The notes below the pieces were generated by a model. That model was not told the origin of the DNA. It saw only the letters and a list, made by a program, of their open reading frames with translations, and did no database searches. The translations under genes and the position numbers were made by a program. From assembly GCA_046563655.1 (NCBI GenBank), contig CM102290.1, positions 7,006,001 through 7,070,000 of the forward strand: 64,000 bases of DNA, written 5' to 3'. This DNA is from Yuukianura sp. NJ FZ-2021 (taxonomy: Eukaryota). This document shows, in pieces, positions 12,701-25,800 of this stretch (position 1 is the stretch's first letter; each line of letters opens with the position of its first letter).

Positions 12701-15556
12701 CATTTTTATACAAAATCACTTTTTTATGACACAACCACAAATTGGAAACTTAGTTTTCAATTTCTATTACTTTACGTTAATTTAAGAAGCAGAATTCCCG
12801 GCAACTACAAAACCAAAATCCTACATTCCTATGCTCCTTCGCCCTTACATATTTTCCTAAAATATAGTGGCGGCCTCAACGGACTACTAATTGCTCAAAC
12901 GCTGCAACTTATCAAGGTTAACAAAATGTGGAAAATGGTAAAGGGCTGCATGCAAAAGTAAATTAAAGTCATATCAGTTCAACAATACTTTAGATTTAAA
13001 AGATACCAAAATTGGATATTCCAGCTTAAGATAATTTAGTGATTTGCAAGGAAATCAGACTGATTAACTAGTCTTCCGCAACTGATCTTTTGACCCCCTA
13101 TGTAGGATGTCCAGATTGACGTATGTGCCGTCCTGAATGACACGACAGGGACGCTAATGTCATGCGCATGGCTAAATCCCAACTGTCGAGTTGGAGTTAT
13201 TGTAGGTACGGTACACGAACTATAAAATTCACTACGGTAGGTTTTCAAGGCATTACAACCGTGTGGGAAGTTTGCTAAAAACTAATGTTTTGTTACTTTT
13301 TTTGACTGTACTTTGTCTTTTCAAAGCGGCATCGTTTGTACCGTCTCGTCAGTGTTTTTGTTGTTTCGAACGCTGTTGTTCAAATTAGTTCCTGAATTCA
13401 TTTTGATTTCATGAATTTCAAATCTAACCTAACTTTGTAGTAACTTTTAACATTAAGCAACGCGAAGCAAACGCTACGTGAATTAAGAATTTACAAACAA
13501 TTTTAAAGTTGTTATGTTCGTTAAGCATTAGGATGTGTTTTCCAATATATGACACCTATGCAACAACACACAACAATGCTCGATCGTTTAGCAGATCGAA
13601 ACTGAAGAAGAAAAGTTCTGAAAAAATTGTTACCACCCAACTAGTTCAAAATGTTGAACAGTTTTTAATAGACTTTTTAGATTTACGACAGGTTTTGAGG
13701 CTTATTTTGTTCCGCCAGTTTTTGAGGGAGTTACTACATATGGCATGGAGACAAAGGAAGAAAGTAATCGTTAATTAAGAATTGCGAAATGATTTATAAT
13801 AACTTCGAAGTTAAGCATTAGCACGCGTGCGGCTGTTTTTACACTAACAATACATGTACTAACCGTGATAATTGTGTGTCCAAATCTGTAACAGCGTTGG
13901 ACTGCTAACTACTACTTAAAACAACTCGCAACTAAAGCTTCCTTATTTTACTCTCTGCTTTCAACAAACAGCTTGTCGTTCCATATCGTTTGCCCTTTGT
14001 TTTTATTCGGCCACATTATGTTTTCCGAAATACCATTGTTTGAGTTGATTATGATTTATATTTACCCTGCTTTTGTTTTAATTCCACGGGAAATGAGCTA
14101 ATAATTAAGTAAATGAATTCACATTTCAACTTTGAAACTAATAGGCACTGGTTCCAACGCATGTTACGTCGAGCGCTTGTCCAACGTCGGTCTCTGGGAT
14201 TCTGACTTCAACGAACCACAACAGGTACGGTTGCATTACAAACTTTAAAAAGTGATGTTCAGAATGGTTTTGATCGCTGAATTTTACGCCATTAGATCGT
14301 AGAGCTAACCTTAAGCTAAACCTTCTTCGAACCTTTAACTCACAAAAATAAGAAGAATTTTTTAAAAAGTGTAACTTCATCTCAAAAGTTAAGAAAAAAA
14401 ATGGAAATTTCATGTATTGGCAGCGATTCGCTTCTAAAAGTTAATATGCTCAAAAACTTTGATATTTTAAATGAATTTTTTTAATTCTAAAAAGTTCAAG
14501 CACGACTTAATTGATGTCCAGTTTTTTCAAAACCTGCCCTGTAACTGGGCATCTGCTTTCGTTAACTCCAGCATTTTATTACAATATTTGTGACCATATT
14601 ATTTTCCAGGTTATTATTAATACGGAATGGGGTGCCTTCGGAGACAATGGCTGCCTGGAGTTTATCATGACAGAATACGACCATGAAATTGATCGACGGT
14701 CGCTCAATCCAAAGAAGCAATTGTACGTGCCAGTTTTTTGTATGAAATCATACAATTATGATTTTGAATATGATTATTTTTTAGATTTGAAAAGATGATT
14801 TCGGGAATGTACATGGGAGAGCTGGCTCGCCTCGTCCTTGCCAAGCTTACCAAGAGCGGAGCCATATTTCAGGGACAAGGGTCCGAGAATTTATTTAAAC
14901 CCGGCAACTTCTTTACCAAATACATTTCTGAAATTGAAAGGTAAATTATTCAGAACATTTCGAAATCAAAAGACATTTGTCATAAAAGGAAAGCAAATAT
15001 ATTTGTGAATGTTAGCGACAAGCCAGGGGAGTTCATTAACTGCCGCCAAGTTCTGGAAGAGCTCTGTCTCGTTGATATATCGGATCAAGACTGTCGCGAT
15101 GTTCGCTACGTTTGTGAGGTTATTTCAAAACGTGCTGCTCAACTGGCTGCTGCCGGAGTCGCTTGCCTTTTGAATAAAGTGAGAATTCAAAATTAGTCTA
15201 GTCTAAACAAAAATAGTAACACTATTGAAATTTCAAAAAACTTTCAAAATTTTGGATTACTTTTTTTTTAGATGAATGAAAAGAGTGTAGTTGTTGCCGT
15301 GGATGGATCCGTCTACAGATTTCATCCCCACTTCCATAACATGATGACAGAAACAATTGAAGACCTAGTTCATCCAACGATCAAGGTGAAAGCCTTTACC
15401 GTTCAAAAAACGAATGTGTACTAAAAACTTTCATTTTTTAAAACTGAAATGTCGCAAAAAATGTTATTTTTTAATTAGTTTGATCTGATGCTGTCAGAAG
15501 ATGGAAGTGGTCGTGGAGCGGCTCTGGTGGCAGCAGTAGCTTCCCATGCAACATGA
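9792..15556 (+). CDS. Hexokinase (single-domain, ~451 aa) with mutually exclusive exons 5a/5b
   Basis: Exons are 9792-9809, 11297-11459, 11796-11950, 12033-12248, [12381-12480 or 13106-13205], 14145-14224, 14610-14722, 14785-14940, 15016-15178, 15272-15385 and 15479-15556. Motifs include [64 protein letters not shown] and [15 protein letters not shown]. The 18-nt first exon is the least certain. Confidence 0.96.
12381..12480 (+). other. Hexokinase mutually exclusive exon 5a (100 nt)
   Basis: aag|GAT...GTTG|gtgag; encodes [33 protein letters not shown](G). Confidence 0.9.
13106..13205 (+). other. Hexokinase mutually exclusive exon 5b (100 nt)
   Basis: tag|GAT...GTAG|gtacgg; encodes [33 protein letters not shown](G). 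Same length and phase as exon 5a. Confidence 0.9.
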
Positions 15557-15821
15557 AGCGGATCAAATTCTCCCGTTTAGCAGTGCCGTGATAAATTTAT
15601 TCTTTAGGATCCAATTGTGGGTTGTTTGATGATAAGGTTAGGTTTCTGTTTAAGTACTGGATTGGCGTCAAGTATCATCTTAAAAGTGAATTACTATGAG
15701 AATTAGTGAAGATGTCACGCACAGAGTGTTGGTAGAGAGATTTTTAATGTTGAAAATTGTTCAAACGAGCTCTTGCTCCTCAGTCCAGACAATAGGGAAA
15801 TCGTTTTCTATCAAGTACAGA

Positions 15822-15839
15822 GAATAAACATGGAATAAA
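15822..15839 (+). promoter_or_regulatory. Tandem AATAAA polyadenylation signals of hexokinase
   Basis: Two AATAAA hexamers ~270 nt after the stop codon. Confidence 0.5.
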
Positions 15840-16990
15840 CGTTAAAGAAGGTCCAGAATTCCAAGTATAATTGATGCAGGCAGGCTTACTTGCACCGTTC
15901 TTGTCTTTACGTTGCGTTTATATTAACAGGTTTCACAGAATAACGCAGTTTGCTGCAATTTCTTGAAAATCAAAATTTTAGCGGCACCAGGAATTATCAA
16001 AATGGCATTACGTTAGACAAAAACGTTACGAGCGATTTGCGATGCCTTACGTGACATCAGGCCCAATCTTTCAAAATTTTTGGAATTAAGACGAAAGTAG
16101 ATTTTTACTAACACACATGTTATTTGTTTATTTGTATTTTTTATTCATTACAACAAATTTTATGCACAAGGTTATTGAACAAATCCTTCCCATTTAAAAA
16201 TCAGGAGAACATTCCACACTCGTTTCTCCCATCTTCGCATTAATTAATTATCAACAACTAAATAGTAATAAATCGATCAAGCAATTTTAGCAAATTGTTG
16301 CCAGTCCTCATCAATTACAAATTGAGTGTACCAAAAACAGCAAGTTGAACTTCTAACACATTAGCGTAAGTACAGAGACTTTTCTAAGAGAGGGACTCAA
16401 TTCCCACGAGGTCATTCACCTCCACCCAGCTCACTTTTCCTCAAATCCAATTTTTACGAATTTTAATACCATGACCTTCCCCTCCGTCCTGTCAAGTTAG
16501 TCGAAGGTCATCAATCCACATACTGTTAGGTTAGGTTAACCGAACATGTTCCTTAAGGACCATCTCTCAATCAATCATTCTTTGCCCAGACCACAATTTA
16601 ACAAATTGAGATTAAATTCTCATGTGATTAGGGATTCTTTACAATTGGCAATGAGTCCAGCAAAGCCATTCACGGAGATGATGTGTTGGTGTTTTAGAAG
16701 ATTAGGATTAAAAACACGTTAATTAGTGAAGAATCAACAAAAGAAAGTATCTCGTGTAAAATTTGGTTTCCTAATTTACACATTACGGCTATTAACCATG
16801 AATAACCTTGTAGAGTTCTACCTTATTAGCAATCCATTGAATTTTTAAAAAGTAAGAAAACCCAGAAAAAGACTAGTAAAGTTACTTACAAATATCTACG
16901 TTGCCAAATCCCTAAAAAGTAGTATTCAAAAAGTGACCGTGACAAGGTGTTTTCGTTTTTGATGAGATTTCATATTCATAGCATAAAAAT

Positions 16991-17334
16991 GAAACCATGT
17001 AATTTGACCAAAAGTGAAATGGCCAAAAAGCGAAAAGCCCAAAATATCAAAAGGTCAAAAAGCGAAAGGATCAGAATCACAAAGGTCAGAATAGGAAAAA
17101 CCATTTCGTAGATATTCAAAGACGAGATTTTAATGGTAGTAGAATTTTTGATATATAAAAATTTTCAAAAAATTGAGTCTTTTCACAATTGAGAAATTGG
17201 CCTTTTCACTTCTGACGTTTTTCACATTTTGGCGTTCAGTTTAGTTCACGTTTTGGCCAATTCATTTATGATGTTTCCACTTTTTGTCCATTTCACCTCT
17301 GACCATGTCACTTTTGGCCAATTCCCCTGCTAAG
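16991..17334. mobile_element. Degenerate Foldback/Mutator-like MITE with ~15-bp tandem subrepeat arms and 9-bp TSD
   Basis: The left arm has GGCCAAAAGTGAAAT-like units and the right arm has their complements (CACTTTTGGCC). An identical 9-mer, CATAAAAAT, flanks both sides (16982-16990 and 17335-17343). Confidence 0.7.
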
Positions 17335-20300
17335 CATAAAAATTATAACTAATTACTTTTATTAGTATACTATTATTACAAAAACCCCGTTTTGTGTTAG
17401 CCTGTTCACGACTACATCTACGACTACTGGTTGTTTACTACGATTTCAATTCATTCTCAGCAGCATTCGTGGAATCGACTCCATAAGGTCAACCCCTTAA
17501 GAGGTGTCTGTTACTGTCTTGTGATCGCTTCTAGGAAACCGAAACTTGACCCTGCGCCCAGGTACTATATACTTGACTAAGTATCTGATTTTTTTTAGTA
17601 ATGTCGAAATCCAATCATATTCACCAAAATGTTCCCGAATTACACAAGGTATTTCAAAAATTTCAAGTTTCGGTGCGAATATGGTCATTGGAAATCGACA
17701 TTGTCATCTGAGAGTTACCGAAACGATGTATTGTAACTGTAAATTTCAGCAGCGACCACGAGACAGTCATTTTAGTGAGGTCCACATTCTCGAAAAATCT
17801 TCCAAAAATCAACCTGAGGTTTCCAAATATTTGTTCATAAAAACAATTATCTAAAATTAAAAATGATTGCACCTATCGGTAGGGTATTTCCGAGCAGCAG
17901 GAACATAAAAACACGCCCGCATACACCCAACACAGTTAGCACCGGTTCTAAATCACGGAGAGTTCATAACAAAGATGGTACGAAGTTTGTAGTAACCGTT
18001 ACAAAACTTACGAAATTATTAGTAACTAGTTTAACATTATTAAATGAGGAAGTCAACCGGAAAAATAAATCATACCAGTAAGTTTAGGTGTAGGTTAAAC
18101 ACGCTGAGCATCAATAAGAGTTCTTCTGACAAACTAACGATAAGTCCTTCTAAAAGTATCCTACACTACATCCAAGATTGCTCGATTAAAGCTAACGAAT
18201 ACACCAGGTATTACATAAGAGGGAACTTTTAAATAACGTAAACTGTTTTGCTGACGACAATAGATGTGTGTAATTGATACAAATCAATTAACTCCCAACT
18301 GTAACATTCTATGGGATAAGTGTGCTAAAATTATCAATTTTAACCAAACTTTTCAATTTTTGAAAACAATTTTCATGCTCATGAAAAGACAATTGAGCCA
18401 TTGGAACCCTTCGTTCACGTTTTAAAAAAATTCCAAACGAAGATCAATGCTTTATTTTGTCCATTTGCACTAGTAATACTAGTAGCATCATAATTTGAAT
18501 TGTCGTCGGACAATCAATTGATGGATGAAAAAATCGGTTTTTGTCAAAACAGTAAAGGGCTCAGTCATAGTGAATGAATAGAAAAAATTGACCTGCTTAA
18601 GTCCTAAGACTCTGGAAGTGGACGATTCTGGATGTGTACGTATTAATTGAAGTAAGAAAGAGCTATGATAGAGTGTTAATTTGTTGCACATCAATTAATA
18701 AATTACCGATACAGTTAACCTTGTCATGACGCGTACTGTACATCTTGAGCCGAATTCAAAATTCGTTTTGTTTTTGTAATATCTAAAACATTTTGGCCTC
18801 CATATTACTTAAATGTTCCAAAAAATTTAAGTGCAAGAAACGAATTTTGCCCACCGAAAATTTCAAAACTTGTCGGAAAATTTAAAAAAGATATTATTGC
18901 TTTCAAAAATTCGTACGAAAAACAAGTGACGAGTCAAAATTTGTATAATAATATTTGAACTCTGACGCACAACTTGACTCTAACCGCTTCCGTAATCGTT
19001 AGACAAAAAGTGTAGCAAAAAGGACTTAAACGGCGAAATTGCGAATTGACAAATTTTGTGTTTTACAAAGTCCCTTCAATTTAAATTAATGACTTACTTT
19101 AAGATTAAGTTAACCGCAAATGTACCAGTTAACTACACTAGTGGATTCGAGCGTTTTGATTAATTGTCAAATTGAACAGTTAGTGGATAATAATTATAAG
19201 TTAATGCAATAATTGACATTAGTTATAGTTAGAAAAAAGAGGCGTGTTAAGAACATTTTAACTATATAGTTCAAGTCACATTTTTACAGACCGAAAGGTT
19301 ACGCTCTTTTTCAACACAACTGATTAATTAATTAACTAAACAGTTAATCAATTAACACATCTAGAGCTCTCTTGTGCCGTAAACAATCACGGAAGGAACA
19401 AAAAGAAAACTTCCACCATTTTCTTCCCATTTCTCTTTGATTTGAAATCAGTCCAATACTTTTTTTTTGGTTTTCTTTTGTATAGGAATTAAGGACAACA
19501 AGGATTTTGTTTTATTTTTTTGACAAACTTCTGAACAGGACTTGGCTGAATTTCCTTACTTTTCTAAACATACAGATTCTGTATGGGTTGTCAACCTAAG
19601 TTAGTAGCGTAGTAGAATTACCAATACTTGATTAGTTGTTTTGTATTACAAAGATTGTTAAAAATTGTTATGAAACAATAGCAAAAACACATCGAATGAC
19701 ATTTTAACCACAAAAGGGTGGGATACCTTAGTCTACACGTAATGACGCAATGTAACTAACGTATAGTAGTCAAACCGTAAAAATATTACAAAGTACGCAA
19801 TAATACGCAAGCACATGGGCACTTTGTTTACTTTTTTTTCGTAATAAAACCAATATCAAAGTTCATTGAGATTTCAAGATTGTCAATATGCCATTTTAAG
19901 TAATAAATCCGAAACGCTCGATTTAGTGTTAAGGGTCATTAAGAAATTGTAAAAATTCAAAATGGGTTCTGGATTTCAAAATTCTAAAAAGTCAGTCATT
20001 AAATGTTGTTTTCTAAAAAAATGTGCCTTAAAATTGGTAGGCTGCAGGATATTTTGAAATTTCAAGGTGTCACATACCCTTCAACGTTAAGTCTACTTAG
20101 AAAATCAGTTCGACAAGAAAAAAGTATAAACTATGGCATGGTTCTGTACAGTTTTGCACTTTGTCCAAATTCGGATCAAAAAAATTCTGATCCTTTGTGG
20201 GAAGATTACGTTGATCCAATTTAAATGTAGTTGTGACAGCATTTCATTAGTTAAAATCAGTAGCTAGGAAAAAATGAACCAAAGAAACAAAATTGTGTAA

Positions 20301-22878
20301 AAACGAGAAATGTTGTGTAAATGGGGGGTATCCCTTATTATTAAGACGAAATGATCGATCCATTTATCTTTCCATCCAATTAACAATACAGAGTTTTTGA
20401 TTTTTGAAAATCCTACAAGCTACAGTTATTAGTAGAAAAAATGAAGACTGATTGTAAAAATCCTAAAAATTTTAACTTTAGACAAAGAGACCTTTGACCT
20501 CAATCAGTTCTACAAAACAAACTACGCTCGATGTAGTTCGTGTTGTCAGTTCCGTTCTCTACTAATAATGATGCTGAGCAATTACAAACGAACACTAGTT
20601 TCACTTTCTTTTAAATTGTAAATCTTATCAACAACTTAATAAAGCACACACGGAACAAAAAAAAACTTGAGTTAGAAATTAATTGAACATTTACCGAATT
20701 ACCTAGAAGTCTAAATGTGTTTCACTTTACCAGGATGAGTCGTTAATTTCTGAGAAACAAAACTATTACGGCAGAATCAATTTAAATCACAAGAATTTGA
20801 ATATAAGAAATGTGAAAAATTACAAAGGTTGTTGCCGTAATTTAGTTAGTAAAGGGAGGTTTCCAACAATGTTTGATGGGAGTATCGTGTAGCATCCAGT
20901 AAATATTTAAGTGATTGGTCGCACTAAATCTTCCAAAAAGTCTGAACAATCATGTTTCAAAGAGTCTTCCGTTAAAATATCTGCAGAGACGATTCAGATT
21001 TCCGTAATACCACGCTCCTTACAATGCTAAATTTATGACTCAAAATTTCTACTAGTAATTTACGACATCCTAACCGCTTCATCTATCTTATATGTATCCG
21101 CACCACAATGAAAATATTTTAAACCAAATTAAGGACGGAGGAAACCTAGTGAATCAATGATTATAGTGTGAACCTAATGATTATGTATTACAAAGTAATC
21201 CATGTAACCAATGTGCCTGTGCTCCGTGATTCAACTTATATAAGATGTTATACTACATCTTATTAGAAATCTTAAACATTGAAAAAAGGGAAATACGTCG
21301 CAAGTCGTAACCCAGTTCAAAAAAATTCTAAGAAAAAACGATCATATTTGAAGCCATCAATGTAATACAAAAATTAATCAATTTCTCATTTTAAGTTTTA
21401 CAAGAAATCAGGTTCAAAGCAAAGAACAACAAACAGTCCCACTCATGGCACCAAAATGTGACATAGCAAGAACGCTTTGTTTCACTTCTCTTGGATTATA
21501 ACAAATTCAATTCATCAAAAAAGTTACAAAAAATTAAAATTTTTGTTTTGACCAAGAAACAATGACTAGCCTGTGGATTGCTTACAAATTACATAAGCAG
21601 GATAGTAGCAGTAGGTAGTGTTGTAGTTATTGTAGTATGCATACACTTAACTAAAAACAAATTTAACAACCACTAAAAAGTTTTTTAGCACTGCAAGCAG
21701 TAGAGGTGTTCATTGATGACAAATTTAGTGTAGTTGAATCCTGTACTTTTTCCTACAATCAGGCTACAATCTCTCAGGTGCATATTGTGAGGTTGGTGAA
21801 CTGCTTCATTATATAAAAACAACGTTCAAATCGGAAGTCATTCTTAATAACGCTGAATTTCTCATTCCTAGCTAGCTAGTCTAAACTTAAAATTTTGAAT
21901 AAATTTTAGTTTTGAAAATGATAAAAATATATTATGATAAAGAAAACCAATACCATCCGTTCGTTTTCCCACTAAAATTGTCATTAAGGGAAGTCTCAAA
22001 AGAAACAAAAAAAAATTAACAAAAGGCTGAAATTAAAAAAAAAGGTAAAAGCCAAAGAAACGTAAGGAAAAATAAATCAACCCGCCAAAAAAAAATCTAA
22101 ATAAGTATAAATCTTTAAAAAGTGTTCACTCTAAACTTCGACGTTCTTAGTATTGTGTCTCCTTGCCCTGCAATAGTGTGCTGCGGTTGCGATTACTATT
22201 AATTGATTGTCGACAACGTTAAGCTTAAGAAGAATCCAATCCCTATGCCTTGTACAACCACCATTTCTACTACCTCATCGACCAACTTTCATACACACAC
22301 CCACATGCACACATTAACGCCGATTTCAATAAAAATTAAAGGTAGTAAGTTTAAAATGGATATAAACTAGAAAATAAGACAACAGTCTAAGAATAACGCC
22401 TTAAGAATATGTTTCCGAGTACAAATAAAAATTTGGAAGAATAAAATTATAAATCAGAGTTACATGCAATTACATTTTAGGGAACCTGAAACGTAAACCC
22501 GAATTGATAAAGCTTAAATACTATAAATAGAGCTCTGTAATAACACATTCCGACATAAACTACAAATTCGCTGGCATACTTTTTTCCAATGTTGACGGCA
22601 TTAACGAAACCCCTTTTACAGCAAATCCTGTTTTGTATTCTAACTTCTCACACAAGGCATTCTCTCAAATTGCCTGGTTCCCGACGTCTTCACTTCGTAA
22701 AACTTGTGTCAGTTTTACGTTCCTCAGACTTGAGAATTCACCGTAACTAATCTACTGCGGTAGTAGTTGGGACTGCATAACATAAAAACAAAAGCCTAAG
22801 TTATGACCTACAACGTAACTGATAGACTAACGTCCTTATAGCACCAAAGTACCATATTCATGTAAAAATCAGTGCCAC

Positions 22879-25800
22879 TTACCGAAACGGCAAAGAGCGC
22901 GGTCGATCAGCACCTTCCTTAACAAGCGGCTTGTGATACTCGCGTCCGGGACGAGAATGAATCGTTGCCCAACAATGCTCACAGTAATACTGCCAAGTAT
23001 AAAGACATCATGATTAATACCTGAATCGAGAATTCCCAAATCAAAGAAAAAAAAATCCTACCTGGAGACAAGTGACGTTTGCACAAAAGAATGGAGCAAA
23101 TTTCCCGCCGCAGCGGCCCCCTCCACATTCATCGCAAAGTTGATCGTCGAGAACATATGGCTTCACTTCAACCTAACAAAGAAACAATTTCCTTAGTAGT
23201 TGTACCAGGATGCTCGGAAGAGATACTTTTGGCACAAAATCCTTACCCGTTTGTCAATATCACCGTGCTGAAGCTGTACAAATCGAGCAGATATGGCCGC
23301 AATATAGCTCTGCTGATTCGAAAATGCTACGCGGCCAGCACCTTTAGGATACTTCAACTCAGGATCAGTGTCAATACCAGCATAGCAAACACCGCCGTAG
23401 AGTCGATCCATGATCATTGCAAGTTCAACTGGAAAGACAGAGAAATACGATTAGGTGGTGTCTTTAGCTACAAAATGACAACAAATCATCATACCAGCTT
23501 TGAGCGGCCGTGGTACTCCCCCAACGAAAACAGTCTTTCGTGGATCCAGTGGCATAGATGCATCTAGCACATAGTCGGCGTCCGACAGTTTCCAAGGTCT
23601 GATTTGAACAGGCTTGTCTTTGATTGTTGGAGATGAAACACACAAGTACAACTTATCGTCATCTTGAATACATGCATCAATTAACTGCTGTACCGAACTC
23701 TCCTCCTAAAAAATAACAGATTTTTATTAATGAATTAATTAGGACTTTGACAGAGATTTCGATTGACACATTCCTACGCCGTACCTGAAACAGAAGAAAT
23801 GCATATCCCTTGGGAGGAAAGTAGGACTTGCTTTCAGCCTTATGAGGCCAATCAACAACGAGCGGTCCAAATCTTCTGAAGCTAGCCGTGATTTCCTCTG
23901 AAAATGAATGTGTTCATTACTTGTTGAATTCTGGTGCGTTATATTGGATGAAATGTGTTAAATCCAAATGTTGACCAACCTTCATCAATGTCGGGTGGGA
24001 GTCCGCCTACGAACACCTTCCTGGAGTACCTTTCAATTCCATCCAATGCTCCAGCACCAGCAACACCCACCAAGGAACTCAATCTTGGGGACACGTTCGG
24101 AACTCCAATGCTTCCACTAGGATCAACTTCGTCCAAATAACTTCCAGTCGGAACGCCAACATCGTCCACTCCAGGGATAAACCATTTCCCTCTCCCGTCC
24201 AAATGAGACTGCTCTGTCCTCATCATGTCAGACAAGTATTGTTCCAACGACCTCATGTTGTCCAACGGTCCGCCACCATTCCGTTCCTGTACAAAGCCAA
24301 AGCAAAACAAGAATTAATAATAATCATGTCCACTTATTATTAGGCTGAGTTATGAGTTTATATCTTTCGTGTTGTCAAAAACGAGTTCGTCTTTCGTAAT
24401 TTCCACATGCAACCATGTGCCCACACTAAACATTTTACCAAATAGTACTACTACATTATCTTTCTCGAAATTCTCTTCGAAACTGGTAGAGAATGACATT
24501 GACAGTACTTAATTTTTTAAAGAAAGGCAATCGACGCTGCAAGTTCAGTTGCAATGAAAATTCATTTGGTTACATAGGAATGAAGTGCTTTCCCTGCGAC
24601 CATTTTTATTTCTTCCTCGGCGTCACTCCAAATGACAATACTGTATAAGAAAGAACTCCTTACATAGAGATCCAGAAATTACCCGAATTTATCCCAAAGA
24701 TCTAATACCAAGAAACTGGGATATGACTTTGTAAGCAGGAAATGGAGCGATCGAAACCGAGGGCAGAAGATTAAAGGAAAGTGGGCAAATTAAAAATAAA
24801 ACAGGATCATCTCATACAACGTGCACATCTAAAAAGAGGCGGACAAGGAGACAGACGTGAAACGTTGACTACACTTTCTATAAATACAATTCAGGCATAT
24901 GAGGACATTCGGAATTTTCCCTAGTCGTCGTCACACAACTTCAATTGTGGGTAGTCAGGGAAAGTGAACAAAAAATGGGGAAGCCATTCATTTCCTTGGA
25001 TACGTCGATGCGTTGCCTGGTAATACTACAGTTTAGTTGCAGTTTATGAAATTAATCTTGAGAATAAGTTAAAAAAGAGTGTTGCATTACCTGATACATT
25101 TGATCTGACTCTGACCCCATATGGGATCCATCGAAATGTGCAGGGAACGAGCCTTTTCCTGGAAATGGTCGTCGCAGGGCAGGAGGCATCATCATCGTTG
25201 GACTCGGCTTTCTGCTAGAAACAAAGCAACATTAAATATGCTTTAACAAACATCATGTCGCCAATTCTTGTGGCTATTATCTACCTCTTCAAATAAACAT
25301 TCAAAAACCACATTCTAGAACGTAGCGCTTTCCAGAGGTTTTTTAGCAGACGTAATAACTCTTACATCGGCGCATGAGACTCGTGAAATGTGATCAGTGC
25401 TCATCAAGATACGACTTGACTTTGTACTTTGGAAACAAAACAACAGGTAAAATGAAATCGGAAACTGAAAGTGCGTACCCAGATGAGTAAAATCATACTT
25501 GACATTTGCCAGTCACCTCTCAAATAAAAGTAATGAACAAAAGAAAAAAGTAACGCCTGTTTTAACGTAATGCTCAACATAATTCCTGGATCCTTTGATC
25601 TGCAAGGCAAATAAAAGCCAAACTTTTGTTCTAATCCAACCCTCTGCTTGAGAAAACTTAATTTATGATTGACCGCCAACGTTGATTTCTACGACTTTGG
25701 TTTAAAATCCGTCTGTTCCCAGTTTCGGTTGATTGAATACCGCAACAAAAGTTTCTACAACAAATTAAGGCAGTATAATGCTGCCAGTGAAGAAATCCGA

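Noticed and set aside
15554..15580. Stop-codon readthrough of hexokinase
   Set aside because: The context is TGA-A rather than TGA-CTA, and the extension (SGSNSPV) has no targeting signal.
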